Assembly: GCA_918797485.1 (NCBI GenBank)
Contig: CAKKNE010000006.1
Span: 2,232,001-2,296,000, forward strand
Length of the DNA stretch: 64,000 nucleotides
Reading direction: 5' to 3'
From: Pelagomonas calceolata
Lineage: Eukaryota
The translations under genes and the position numbers were made by a program. The notes under the pieces are model-generated. The model was not told the DNA's origin. It searched no databases and saw only the letters and a program-made list of their open reading frames with translations. Within the stretch, counting starts at the first letter, position 1. The number at the start of each line of letters is the position of its first letter. This document shows, one piece after another, positions 10,118-20,436 of this stretch.

Positions 10118-10637
10118 GCGCCACCTCACCATGCCCATTCTCATTCGTGATCACATCGCCTTCCGGTTGCACCGAAACGTTCCCGCCGCAAGACCACAAG
10201 AACGCATGACTTAAGATTCTACTCCCCTCAATTAGCATCTATGCGTCTCGTCTACTAGACACCGACACGAGTGTGCGCGGTGTCGTGAGCCGGAGGGGCT
10301 GCTCCGTGACCGTGACGATCCTGAGCGGCGCCGGTGAGCGCGAGGACGGGGCGGTGACGGTCGGCGCCGTCCGCTTCTCGACGGCCGACGGTCGCGACGC
10401 CTGGCGACCGCTCGACGACGGGGAGGGCGCGCTGCGGTGCGCGGCGTGCGTCGAGGGAGACGTCGCGGCGGCGGACCCGCCGCGACTGGGTCTACTACGT
10501 CCTTCCCGACCTATTCTCGCACTTGCCTCCGCTTCTTTGCCAAAATGATCAATACTTGGTATTGGTCGGTCCGGACGGTGCCTAACCTAGCCTAGCCTAG
10601 CACCGTAACAGATGCTTTACAAGCAGCCTTAAGAAAG

Positions 10638-12305
10638 TCACCTTTCCCGGAACTCGAAGCCCGCCAGGCGCCGGCACCACGTCGCCGCCGCGCGCGCCAT
10701 GGCCCGGCGCAGGCGCGCGTCCGAGAGCCCCGGCGCGTTGGCTCTCAACGTAGCATATTCGAACTCGACCGCGTAGGACAACGCGACGCCCGCCTCACAA
10801 GGCATCAGCCGCCAGCAGGCGGGCAGGACCTCGGCGTCCGCCTTCCCCGCGTCCGCGTGCCGAACGGACCGCGTCGCGAGCGCGTAGCCCTCTCCGTCTT
10901 TCCGCCACGCCCGGAGCAGCGTCAGCCGCGCCACCGACGCCGGCAGCGAGCACCTACACAGACACCTTAGGAATCGCGCAGCGGCGGGCGCCTTGGAGTC
11001 GTGTCGGACTATGTCCCACTCGTCTCCATTCTCAACTTGCTCGATGCCCACACACAAGTGGTCCCACGCCGGCCGGTCATCCTTAACCACTCGAAACGCG
11101 GCGTCGACCGACGCTCCTGGCAGGATACAGTCCGTCTTGAGGACGAACGAGTCGCGGCCCCATGCATTTCCGGAAGCCCACACCACATCATCTGCACAAT
11201 GCTCCCACCGGAGCTCGTCCGTGAGGAACAGTCTCAATGAAGACTCCAATGTGAGCGCCGGCGCCTCCTTGACCAGCGACGCGTGCCAGGCGAGGGCGCC
11301 GCCCGTGCACGTGAGTAGGCGCCTTCGGGCCACGAACATGCGCCGGCGCGCGAGCGCATCAGCGGGTGCCTTGACCTGTGCGGAAATCGACCAGTGAGTT
11401 AGGTTACTCCACGCCATCGAGCCGATGCGCTGCTCGCCCGAAATTTCCACGCAGGCCACCACGTCCGGGAACCGCTGTCTCCCGTCGAAGAAGCCGAACG
11501 AGAAGTAGCCGACGTTGATCAGTTGTTCAGTCCCCGTCGCGATGTCCCGTTTCACGGCCCGCACCTTGACCTCGCCCCCGTCGTCGAACGAGGCCGTCGC
11601 CCTTGCCCGAAACACGAGGTGGTCGCTCACATTCGATCCAGTATTGAATGAGACACCATCCACACCTTGTGTCCGTACCGCGTCGACGGCGCAGCCGCAG
11701 TGCCGCGCGCAGCACGTCCGGGCCGCCTTGTGCATCCAGCTCATCACGACGCCCCCAAACGTGTGACCCATGTGGTTCTGGTGCTTGGGCAGGACGACTT
11801 CGATGGTCTCGAAGGTAAAGGTCTCGTTTGATGGCGTCGGCGGCGGCGCCGCGAGCTTCAGTAAGGCTCGTCTTCTCTTCGCGGTCGCCCGGGCCCACCT
11901 AGTTCGTTCACTTGCATCATCATCTTCCAGCGGCGGGCAGAAGCGCTTCTCGCCGTCCGGACCTCGCGTCGTCACGTAGGTGAACGCCGCGTCGCAGACG
12001 TGGCGCCTTACCTGACCCTTCTCGGCCGAGACACGGACAGAAACATCAATCGACGTCCGCCCCACGAGCACGGGCTCCGCAGTGAGTGTGAGGAGCTCGC
12101 CGACGCGCGGCGAGTGCTCGACGACCACGTCGCCCATCGCCACGGTCACGCAGTTCACCTTCGTGTGCCGTTCCGCCGCCGCGCAGGTCGCGATGTCCAT
12201 GCGCTGCAGTAACAGGCCAACATCGTGCACGGACGACACCTGCTCGACCATGCGCACGCAGCTGCTCGGCGCATTCATGCTGCTGTCGCGGCGGGTGAGC
12301 TCCAT
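10638..12305 (-). CDS. Acyl-CoA thioesterase, double HotDog plus START domain (ACOT11/12-like); intron 11376..11459
   Basis: GLLLQRMDIA, VGRTSIDVSV, VLPKHQNHMGHTFGGVVMSWM; C-terminal START-like YALATRSVRH...VLPACW. Confidence 0.8.
   Translation of the reverse strand: MELTRRDSSMNAPSSCVRMVEQVSSVHDVGLLLQRMDIATCAAAERHTKVNCVTVAMGDVVVEHSPRVGELLTLTAEPVLVGRTSIDVSVRVSAEKGQVRRHVCDAAFTYVTTRGPDGEKRFCPPLEDDDASERTRWARATAKRRRALLKLAAPPPTPSNETFTFETIEVVLPKHQNHMGHTFGGVVMSWMHKAARTCCARHCGCAVDAVRTQGVDGVSFNTGSNVSDHLVFRARATASFDDGGEVKVRAVKRDIATGTEQLINVGYFSFGFFDGRQRFPDVVACVEISGEQRIGSMAWSNLTHWSISAQVKAPADALARRRMFVARRRLLTCTGGALAWHASLVKEAPALTLESSLRLFLTDELRWEHCADDVVWASGNAWGRDSFVLKTDCILPGASVDAAFRVVKDDRPAWDHLCVGIEQVENGDEWDIVRHDSKAPAAARFLRCLCRCSLPASVARLTLLRAWRKDGEGYALATRSVRHADAGKADAEVLPACWRLMPCEAGVALSYAVEFEYATLRANAPGLSDARLRRAMARAAATWCRRLAGFEFRER
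11376..11459 (-). mobile_element. Introner-like 84-nt GT-AG intron with terminal inverted repeats
   Basis: Minus strand GTGGCCTGCGTGGAAATTTC...GATTTCCGCACAG; TIR CCTGCGTGGAAAT / ATTTCCGCACAGG (11/13); removal keeps the frame. Confidence 0.65.
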
Positions 12306-12497
12306 GGCGTCGACGACGCGCGCCGCCGTCGTGCGGGCGGGCTGCTCAGCTCGCTGCCCTTACCGATGGTTTTTGTGGGTCCGAGGGCTGCCCCTGTCGC
12401 TCGGTGGGCGCTTGCCGAGTGCCACTTGCCTCTCCAGCAGCGTCGAGGGCAACACTGGTGTGGATTGCGCTCCCCGGATTGCGCTGAGATTGGGATG

Positions 12498-12521
12498 CCT
12501 AGTGTCTCTACAGGCCGCTAG
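12498..12521. promoter_or_regulatory. CTAG-pair upstream element
   Basis: CCTAGTGTCTCTACAGGCCGCTAG, ~190 bp upstream of the thioesterase ATG. Confidence 0.6.
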
Positions 12522-12564
12522 ACGCCATCGACGCGCCATAAAGAACTTCGCTATTTACCCCACC

Positions 12565-13938
12565 CTAGAGCTGCGACGCGTCGACCTGGACCTCGTTCTG
12601 GAGGAGCTGGTCGAGCGTCGACCTTCTTCTGATCGATACGAAGCCGCCCTTGGTGGTCTTGAGGACCTCGGGCGCCGTCGGGAACGAGTTGTAGCCCGCC
12701 GTCGACATGGCGCTGCAGTACGCGCCCACGCTCTCGACGACCAGCAGATCGCCCCGCTCGCACGACTTGAGCAGCCGCGGCGCGAGAGTCTCGGGCTCGT
12801 CCGGCGCCGGCGTGAGCAGGTCGCCGCTCTCGCAGCAGTGGCCCACGACGACGTACTCGTGCGTAGCATCATCGGCATCCTTCGCGGCGTCGGACGGCAC
12901 GACAACGAGGGGATGCTGCGACCCGTATAACGAGGGTCGCAAGACGTCGGTCATGCCCGCATCCAACTTCAAGAAATCATTACCTTTGGCGGCGCCGGAC
13001 GTGCAGGCGACGTCCTGGACCTTGGTCACCAAAGCGCCGGCGTTGGCCACGAGGTACGTCCCGGGCTCGACCTCGAGCTTGAGCTCCACGCCCGTGCGCT
13101 CCTTGTAATCCCTAAAATTGTCCGTCACCGGCTTGCCCACTTCCTGTAAATTGGTAGACGTCTCGTAGGCCATGCGCCCGACCTTGTAGCCTCCCCCTAG
13201 ATTTAAGGTCTTGACCGAGTCACCTAGTCTTTCACAAAGGTCCAGGGACATCGACGACACGCGCTTCCAGACCTCCGCGTCTGAGCCAGAACCGATGTGC
13301 GTGTGGACCCGGATCACTTCCAAGTCATGTTTCTTCGCGAGTGCTACTACCTCATCAAATTGTTCATGCCAAATCCCAAAGGACGACGACGGGCCGCCGA
13401 CGTTCGTCTTGGCCGTGCCGCCGGAGCCCAAGCCGGGGTTGAAGCGCACGCCGACTTTGGCGCCCGGTAAGGCACTGCCGATCGTATCGAGTTGCGAGAG
13501 CGAGCAGCAGTTGATCTCCAACGAATGTTCTTTCATGAGCGTGATCGCGTCGTCATCCAACTGTTGCGTGCTCAGGGAACATTTCGACGCGGGGACGCCC
13601 GCGCGCATCGCCCTTCTCACCTCGTGCGTCGACGACGCGTCGAAGTTGAGCCCCATGGACTCGAAGAGCTTGAGCACGGCGCCGTTCGGGCAGGCCTTCA
13701 TGGCGTACCTTACGGTGAGACCGTAGGCGTTGGGAAACGCTAACGCTTCCTCGGCCCTCGCTTTGAGGGTGGCGGCGTCGTAGACGTACGTCGGCGTCCC
13801 AAAGTCCTGTTGTACACTTCTGACGTCGTCATTGCTTAAGAAGCGTAACTTCTCTAAGTCCGGCGCCGCGCCTTTGCCCCGCATGATCTTGGGGAGCTGG
13901 AGCGCATGCACTGCGGTGGCAAGCAAGTAGAGCTTCAT
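12565..13938 (-). CDS. lysA: Diaminopimelate decarboxylase, plastid-targeted
   Basis: FGTPTYVYD, RYAMKAC (PLP Lys), HTHIGSG, LNLGGG, EPGTYLVA, RPSLYG, GHCCESGD, GAYCSAMS; leader MKLYLLATAVHAL. Confidence 0.95.
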   Translation of the reverse strand: MKLYLLATAVHALQLPKIMRGKGAAPDLEKLRFLSNDDVRSVQQDFGTPTYVYDAATLKARAEEALAFPNAYGLTVRYAMKACPNGAVLKLFESMGLNFDASSTHEVRRAMRAGVPASKCSLSTQQLDDDAITLMKEHSLEINCCSLSQLDTIGSALPGAKVGVRFNPGLGSGGTAKTNVGGPSSSFGIWHEQFDEVVALAKKHDLEVIRVHTHIGSGSDAEVWKRVSSMSLDLCERLGDSVKTLNLGGGYKVGRMAYETSTNLQEVGKPVTDNFRDYKERTGVELKLEVEPGTYLVANAGALVTKVQDVACTSGAAKGNDFLKLDAGMTDVLRPSLYGSQHPLVVVPSDAAKDADDATHEYVVVGHCCESGDLLTPAPDEPETLAPRLLKSCERGDLLVVESVGAYCSAMSTAGYNSFPTAPEVLKTTKGGFVSIRRRSTLDQLLQNEVQVDASQL

Positions 13939-14415
13939 GGTGTTATGCGTCGCCTGCTGTTGGTGCCTCGGGCTGAGCACGTGTCGTAGCGAAGGTATAA
14001 CGCTGGCCAGCTGCGCAGGTGGCGTTTGCAGTGGCACCAAAAGTATGTCGCTCGCGGATCGCACACCTAGATCAATGGACATACTAGAAATTTCGGCTCG
14101 AGCGCTAGTTCTGCGGGAAGTCGCGGGACAAGTTGATTGAACGGGCAAACGTTGCACATTGTTCGGGGGGGTTTGCCGAGGCGGTTCTGCTTAGAAGGAG
14201 GTACGCTGTTATGAAAGAAGCGGCCCGCGCCCGCCGCCGATGAATCGGCGACGCGCGGTGTCTCCCCCCCAGGGGCTCCGCCCACTAGTCCTAGCACCGT
14301 AACATCGACGCACAGCGCTAGTTCTAGCTGTCGGAACGCCGTCGACGCGACCCCAGGGGCCCACGACTCCGAGCAGGACCGCCCCAAGATGACTAGCAAC
14401 GAAGCCTTACGGACA

Positions 14416-15804
14416 CTACTTGTCGAAGAAGTCCGGGATCTGCTCCGCGCCGCCGTTCCCGAACAGCCAATCTAGTAAAGGCGCCACGAGGAACGTAAAT
14501 AACGCGTAGTTGAACGCGACAAAGGCCACCGTAAATAACAGAGTGGCCCCGCCCGCGAAGAGGTCCACATATCTCGCCACCTTCACGATGAACGCGTCCC
14601 GCAGCTTTTGAGGGTCGAGTTCATCTTTCGGAACCAAATCAAATTCCCGCAGTTTATCTAAAACAACATCCCGCGCTTCCGACTCCGTGACGCGCTCGAA
14701 GAAATAGCCCGCGAGCTGCTCGACGAAGCCCGCGTTCTGGCTGCCTCGTCTAGTGGCGCACCTTAGTAACACCCACAACTCGTCGAAGTCGTCCCGGGAT
14801 CTATCGGAGGCGCTCTGCTTGCAGATCGTTTTGAGCTTCCGCCGAAACGCCCGTTCGAAGAGCGGCGTGCCATCGATCGCTAAGGAACGATCGACTTGCG
14901 TCGCATTTAGATTACACGAAAAATCATGAGTTGAGACCGCTTCGGCCGCGGCCATGAATGAGGATTTCTCGACGGCCGCGCCGAACGCCGCCAATTGGTC
15001 GTCCGGTGGTACTACACCTAAGGCACTTCGTTCGGACGCGACCAGGCACCAGTCGCGCCAGTGGTCATTTAAAGAGCTATAGAATCTTTCATTCACCTTA
15101 TACCCGAGCACCTCAGGAGTCAAGGCCTGCTGGACGTCTATACCGAATATAGTATCATCCTCGTCAAATAATTCTTCACCATCGTCGCCATCATCTACCG
15201 CCTCGGCGACCCTCTGCCAGTCGTCCTCGGACCACTCACCAGAGGTGTTGTTCTGGGAGACGTCACTGAGCGCCTCGACCAGTTTGTCAGTAGCTCCCTT
15301 GAACTGCGTCATGTCAATCTCGTCCTTCAGATCGACCTGGACACCTTCCAGTAAAGCGATGAGGTCGTCGTCGGCGTCTAGGGTCACTACTCGCGCCTGC
15401 ATGACGTCCACATGTTTTAAGCCCTCGCCCTGCATCTTTTCCAGGTTCAACACCTCGGCGAACTTGCGTTTTTCTGCCTCGGCGTCGCAGGTCGCTGGGA
15501 GTTGTGCGGTGTCGAGCTTCGAGAGCACGGTATCGACTTGCACCTTCCCGTCCCGGATCGCGGCGCCGCCCGTGATCCGCTCCTTCTTTGGCTCGGGCTT
15601 TGCTTCGACGGCGACGGGCGCGGCCTTTCGCTGTTCCTGTTTGTCCTTTTCGAGCGAGTCCTCGAGCTCTTTTATTTCTTCGCGGAGGCGCGCGAGCTCG
15701 TCGCCGTCGGTGGCCTGGCGCCGCGCGCGCAGATTGTGCCGGCGCGTCGGCGGTACGAGGGCGCTCGCGCCGACGAGGAGGGCGAGCGTTGTACACCGCA
15801 TCAT
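14416..15804 (-). CDS. Hypothetical plastid-targeted protein with C-terminal TM helix
   Basis: Bipartite-like leader MMRCTTLALLVGASAL; coiled coil; C-terminal hydrophobic helix. Confidence 0.65.
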   Translation of the reverse strand: MMRCTTLALLVGASALVPPTRRHNLRARRQATDGDELARLREEIKELEDSLEKDKQEQRKAAPVAVEAKPEPKKERITGGAAIRDGKVQVDTVLSKLDTAQLPATCDAEAEKRKFAEVLNLEKMQGEGLKHVDVMQARVVTLDADDDLIALLEGVQVDLKDEIDMTQFKGATDKLVEALSDVSQNNTSGEWSEDDWQRVAEAVDDGDDGEELFDEDDTIFGIDVQQALTPEVLGYKVNERFYSSLNDHWRDWCLVASERSALGVVPPDDQLAAFGAAVEKSSFMAAAEAVSTHDFSCNLNATQVDRSLAIDGTPLFERAFRRKLKTICKQSASDRSRDDFDELWVLLRCATRRGSQNAGFVEQLAGYFFERVTESEARDVVLDKLREFDLVPKDELDPQKLRDAFIVKVARYVDLFAGGATLLFTVAFVAFNYALFTFLVAPLLDWLFGNGGAEQIPDFFDK

Positions 15805-15992
15805 GGCTGTGCGCGGCGCTGGCAGGAGAAGAGCTAGTGTCCGAGACTGTGCGTTGTCCGCTGCGGCGGCTCGTGCAAAGGTTTCAGATATGGCCCTGCT
15901 TTCGTCCCACGCAGTTGGCTGGCTTCTGCGGGCGGTTGCGTGCCCGTATGGCGCCCGAATCTGCTCAAGCTCGTCGAGCCTAATCCCCGCGG

Positions 15993-16017
15993 GCTAGCGG
16001 CCGGTAAAGACACTAGC
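15993..16017. promoter_or_regulatory. CTAG-pair upstream element
   Basis: GCTAGCGGCCGGTAAAGACACTAGC, ~190 bp upstream of ATG 15804. Confidence 0.6.
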
Positions 16018-16190
16018 AAGCATTTTCCGGATCGAGCGCTCGAAAGCTAAGGGTAAAGATCAAAAACTCCGCGCCGGAGCCCTACACCAGCGCCCGCCGC
16101 ACTTCCCGCCGCCGACGACTGTCCGAGCGCAGCGTTACCGTAGTTCTAGACCGGCAACAACGCCGCAGGGGGGAATATATATCAGGAAAC

Positions 16191-18122
16191 TTAGGAGAGA
16201 ACGTCCGCCAGCAGCGCGAGCCGCTTCTCGCGCCGCGCCGCGGCCTCCTCCGGCGGCTGGCCCGCGAAGGCTTGCGTGAGCAGCGCCGCCATCCGTGCCC
16301 GCGGCACGCCGGTAAAGAAGCGCCGGAAGCCGTCGCGCGTGCGCAGGTGGCGCACGTGCTTCGGCGGCTGCGCGAGCAGGGCGACGACGTCGGCGTCGGC
16401 CAAACGGTTCGCGGCGCCTTCGCGCGGGTCCGCCGGCGCGGCCGCCGCGGCCGCCGCGGCCACCGCGGCCGACGCCGCGCCCGCGGCGGGCGCTAGTGCG
16501 GGCGACGCGGGTGCGGCGTCGGCGTCGTCGCGCCGCCTCCGCGGTCCGAGCGCGGGCGAGGGCCGCGGTCCTAGCGCGGGCGATACCGCGGGCTCAGCGC
16601 GCGCCGGCGACGCCGCGGTTTCGGAAGAAGGCGTGTCCACGAGCACGAGCTCCTCGGGCGACGCGAAGGGCCGCCGCTTCTTCGTACTACAAGGCGTCCG
16701 CCGGGCTCGCCGCTTGATCTCGGCCCGATCTAGACATTCATCAGAATCAGAAGAGGGAGACGCCGTCCGCGCGGCCCAGGCCTGCTGCGGCGCCTTGCAC
16801 GAGTCCTTACGGCCGCGCGGGCCCCGCCGCGTCTGCGGCCGCGGCGCGAAGCCCAGTTGCTGTTCGGCCTGGCGCCGCGAGAACATCGGTGATGGAACAG
16901 GAGACTTTTTCTGTTGGGAGGGCGGCGTCGCCGGAACGGGCGTCAGTATGGGCCGGCGCTTCTTCTTTTGTACGGCAGCCGTCCGCACCGCATCGTCGGA
17001 TGAGTCCTTGTGGAGCTCCGCGTCGCGCCGCCACTCCTCGAGCAGCTGGTCAGACTCGGCGCTGCCCCGCAGATCCCCATCGAGCTTTCGTGCGACATCC
17101 AACGTCGAACAGACACTTGTAGTGACCTCGCCGACTTTCTTCGCTCGCCGCAAGATAGCTAGCGGCGCTCCAGCAAAAGTTCTATCCTCGGTTTTTGTGA
17201 GTTCACTGTCACTTTCAGAGTGCATCACCACAACAACGTTGTTCGAGTTGACCCGTCGGTTCCCGCGCGTGCCGGGGACCGTCTCCCAATCGGAATCCTT
17301 GCTGGATTCGTGGACAGGTTCTAAAGCCTGGGCCGCCGCCTCGAGGGCGTCATCATCCAACTCCACGTGCTTCGCGTCTAATGGAGATCCGTTCAATCTT
17401 CTAATATGACCGGCGTGATGCCTTACGAGCGTCTCGAAGGTCTTCGTGTCAAAGGCCGTCGCTAGTGGTGTATCGGTAAGTTCGACCTCCCTTAACTCAG
17501 CACAGGTCCCCAGCACTTCCAAACAGGTCAGCTCGTGCAGTGCCGTGCGACGCGCTCGCAATACAGATAGAGTGTCGTGATGAAATAAATCCGAGATGTC
17601 CGTCAATTCACTATTGTCGGAGATGTCGAGCTCTTGGAGCGACGGGAACGCGTTCAAGCCGTCGAGGTCGGTCAGCCCGCACTTCTTTATGCTCAGTTTA
17701 TTCAAATCTTGCAGGCGCGTGCCGAGGTCCCGCAGCGAACTCAAATGCGAGCCGTCCAGCGTCAGGCTCCGCAATGACGGCAGCAGCTCGCCCAGCGCGC
17801 CGGCGTCGTCGCCCTCCTTTATGCATAGGCGGGCCTCCCGCACTCCATCCAAGTGCGCCGTGTCGAGCTCGCGCCGCAACCGCCTCTTGTCAAAGGTGTG
17901 CCCTATAATTCTCTCGAGGTCGCTCTCGAGGCCCTCGTCTTCGCTGGGCGCCGGGTCGCTCGGGGGCGGCGCGGCGGCTTCACCGGTTCCGGGGCTGAGC
18001 TGCTGGCGGCGGTCGCCCTTCTTCCGCCGCCTTGCTTTTTGCTTGCGGCTGCCGCCCGGCGTGAGCAGGGGCGCGCCCACGTCGACGAGGGGGGACTCCA
18101 TCGGCGCGGCGCAGAGGACCAT
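16191..18122 (-). CDS. LRRC56: Leucine-rich repeat protein 56-like (ciliary)
   Basis: GELLPSLRSLTLDGSHLSSLRDLGTRLQDLNKLSIKKCGLTDLDGL matches the LRRC56 LRR signature; start uncertain (18122 or 18101). Confidence 0.7.
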   Translation of the reverse strand: MVLCAAPMESPLVDVGAPLLTPGGSRKQKARRRKKGDRRQQLSPGTGEAAAPPPSDPAPSEDEGLESDLERIIGHTFDKRRLRRELDTAHLDGVREARLCIKEGDDAGALGELLPSLRSLTLDGSHLSSLRDLGTRLQDLNKLSIKKCGLTDLDGLNAFPSLQELDISDNSELTDISDLFHHDTLSVLRARRTALHELTCLEVLGTCAELREVELTDTPLATAFDTKTFETLVRHHAGHIRRLNGSPLDAKHVELDDDALEAAAQALEPVHESSKDSDWETVPGTRGNRRVNSNNVVVVMHSESDSELTKTEDRTFAGAPLAILRRAKKVGEVTTSVCSTLDVARKLDGDLRGSAESDQLLEEWRRDAELHKDSSDDAVRTAAVQKKKRRPILTPVPATPPSQQKKSPVPSPMFSRRQAEQQLGFAPRPQTRRGPRGRKDSCKAPQQAWAARTASPSSDSDECLDRAEIKRRARRTPCSTKKRRPFASPEELVLVDTPSSETAASPARAEPAVSPALGPRPSPALGPRRRRDDADAAPASPALAPAAGAASAAVAAAAAAAAPADPREGAANRLADADVVALLAQPPKHVRHLRTRDGFRRFFTGVPRARMAALLTQAFAGQPPEEAAARREKRLALLADVLS

Positions 18123-18479
18123 CCGCGGCGTCGACGGCGTCGGAGCTGGCCTCCCGGGGCTGCCCGGCTCCGCGGGAAGCGGCTGCTCCCAATTAACTAA
18201 GTCTTGGGTGTCCGGGGCTGCCGCTCCGTCCACGGGCGCGCCGCGACGCGGGGCTGCCCGAGGGGCCAAAAGGGGCTGCCGGAGGGGCTTTGCACGCACC
18301 GAGCCCTGCCGGAGGGCGCTATTCGACGCCTGCTCCCGCAAAAACCACCGCGGCGCTACCCTAGTGGCTTTTGCAACCTACTAGACACAGATTGCAATCA
18401 GGAAAGCTTCCGACGAGTCTCGGGCCTGCGGGTGCCACTCCGGCCCAGAGGCGGTGCCAGGGCACGCGTCGATGCCGGG

Positions 18480-18502
18480 GCTAGCGGCTGTAAGACACTA
18501 GG
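18480..18502. promoter_or_regulatory. CTAG-pair upstream element
   Basis: GCTAGCGGCTGTAAGACACTAGG followed by AATGCCTAG, between divergent genes. Confidence 0.65.
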
Positions 18503-18758
18503 AATGCCTAGCACTGCCGTAGTGCCGCCGAGCAAAACACAGCCTGCACAGCCTTGCTGCATGCTAACGCGGCGGCAAATAGGCCGCACACTGCCGCATT
18601 CAGTTGCTGAAAGCTTCCGGTGCTGTCTCGACGCGTATCAGTGCTGTCTCCGCGAGTTGCTCTCTTGCAGCAGCTCTAGCGGTGCTCTGTTGCAGTGGCC
18701 GAGCGGTGCGTTACTCCAGGCAGCTCGCGCACGAGCCCTGCGACGCGCACAAGCCGTG

Positions 18759-19262
18759 ATGGGTAAAAAACGGCGAGCCTTCGACGACGACGACGAGTCC
18801 GAGGAGGATGAGATCTCGCGGCACGCGGAGGCGGCCTGGCTCGCGCGGCGCCGCGCGCAGCAGCCGCTGGCGGCCGCGCCGCCGCCGCCGCCGCCGCCGC
18901 CTCGAGGTCCTGGGCACCGGACGCAGGGCAAGGGCAAGCCGCCGAAGAAGAAGCGCAAGAAGCCGGCACCGCCGCCGCCCGCCGAGACCACTGAGCCGGA
19001 AGCCCAGCCGAAGCGGAGCAAGAGCGCGCGCAAGCGCGCCGCGGCCGCCGCCGCGCGCGAGCGCAAGGCCAAGGCCGTCAAGGCCGAGAAGAAGGCGAAG
19101 CGAAAAGAACGGTGGCGCCAGGAGGGCATCAAGAACAAAAAAGCCGCGGGAGGTCGAGTCCAGCGCCAGAGCGAGAAGCACGGCGAGAGCCGCTGGGGCA
19201 AGAAGGACGGCGAGGACGCTCCGAAGCCGTCCGCGAAGCCGGGGGGTCCTAAGAAGCCGTAG
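18759..19262 (+). CDS. Lys/Arg-rich hypothetical (nuclear or nucleolar-like) protein
   Basis: ATG 18759, MGKKRRAFDDDDESEED...; high GC3. Confidence 0.55.
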   Translation: MGKKRRAFDDDDESEEDEISRHAEAAWLARRRAQQPLAAAPPPPPPPPRGPGHRTQGKGKPPKKKRKKPAPPPPAETTEPEAQPKRSKSARKRAAAAAARERKAKAVKAEKKAKRKERWRQEGIKNKKAAGGRVQRQSEKHGESRWGKKDGEDAPKPSAKPGGPKKP

Positions 19263-19333
19263 CTACCGTGACCTGCCGCGTCGATGGCGTGGCCCGTGCG
19301 TCTTAGTTAGAAACTACTTAGGCGCGCCGAACA

Positions 19334-19885
19334 CTACGTGTTCATCGTCTTGAAGATCTGGTCCGTGATCGTGCTAATCGCTTGCGAGGCCGTCATGTCC
19401 GTGATGGGCTGGCCTCCTTCCACACCTCTCATTTGCACCCGATTGGCCACGGCGTTCGCGTCCGTCTCCAGGATGGCCCCTCCATCCACAACCTCGTCGA
19501 CGCAAAGCATCGCCGTCTCGAGGTTCTCGAAGCACGTCCGCGCGTCGAAGGTGCCTCCGAGCAGCGCTGTTAAAGCGTCCACAAGACCGTCCAGGACCAT
19601 GTTCAGGATGAGCTCGTTCTCGTCGGACGAGCCGACGACGTAGGCTCTTGCGTCGGGCCCGCAGCGGAACACCGCCACGCTCTTGTCTATCAGGATGACA
19701 TCGGACTCACCTCTAGCTACCGCGGCGTTTTTGGTTTTCTTAAATAATTTCGCTTCAAAGGCGGCCGAGTCCCACTGCCGCGCTCCTCGATAGTACTTGG
19801 CCACGATGCGGCGGCCGTCGCCGTCCAACAGTAAAATGGCCTGGACGTTGGGCACCAAACTCTCCATGCCGGGCAGGGCCGCCAT
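19334..19885 (-). CDS. COPZ1: Coatomer subunit zeta
   Basis: AILLLDGDGRRIVAKYY, FEAKLFKKT, ENELIL, VDEVVDGGAILETD. Confidence 0.93.
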   Translation of the reverse strand: MAALPGMESLVPNVQAILLLDGDGRRIVAKYYRGARQWDSAAFEAKLFKKTKNAAVARGESDVILIDKSVAVFRCGPDARAYVVGSSDENELILNMVLDGLVDALTALLGGTFDARTCFENLETAMLCVDEVVDGGAILETDANAVANRVQMRGVEGGQPITDMTASQAISTITDQIFKTMNT

Positions 19886-20207
19886 CGCTGCGTAGTCCCT
19901 GGGTGTCTCCCGGTGTGCGGCACCGCTGCGGCGGTCCTAGAGTGTGCGGCGCGCGGTACCACACTGTAGAGTGTGCGCGCTGCCGAGGGCTACCCAGTGA
20001 TCGGCGCGTCCGGAGCTGTGGAGCTACGTGGCGCTGCCCGGCTCGGCGCAGGCCTCTGGTACGCTTGGTTGCGCGGCGACGGACGGCGTCCTCCCCAAGT
20101 TTGAGAGGCGGCGGCGCCGGGACGGCGGAGGTCGGCTCCCTCCGTCAGAAGAGCTCTGGGGAGACTTAGAAACGTATCTAAGAACCCGCAGCGGTGTGTC
20201 TCCTGAT

Positions 20208-20231
20208 GCTAGTGTCTTACAGGCCACTAGC
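20208..20231. promoter_or_regulatory. CTAG-pair upstream element
   Basis: GCTAGTGTCTTACAGGCCACTAGC between COPZ and fibrillarin. Confidence 0.65.
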
Positions 20232-20436
20232 TCGATTTCACCGCGAGAGCCTGGACTGAAGCGGCGAATACGAGCGTGCCGCCGCACCCGGAAGCCGGCC
20301 TGCGTGTTCGTAGGTCCCACTGGTGCGAGACCTCGGCGTAACCAGCGAGCGACGCGCCCGCAGCGGCCCCGCGCAACAGTTGCAGCGGCTCGCCGGGAGC
20401 AGAGCGCTGCGCTAAAGGAGCGCCGCAGAGGCACAA

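Noticed and set aside
10273..10548. Coding-like GC-rich ORF fragment
   Set aside because: GTG start, short and no recognisable domain; cannot be supported as a gene.
10581..10601. CCTAACCTAGCCTAGCCTAGC, telomere-like
   Set aside because: Only four imperfect pentamer units; a simple microsatellite.
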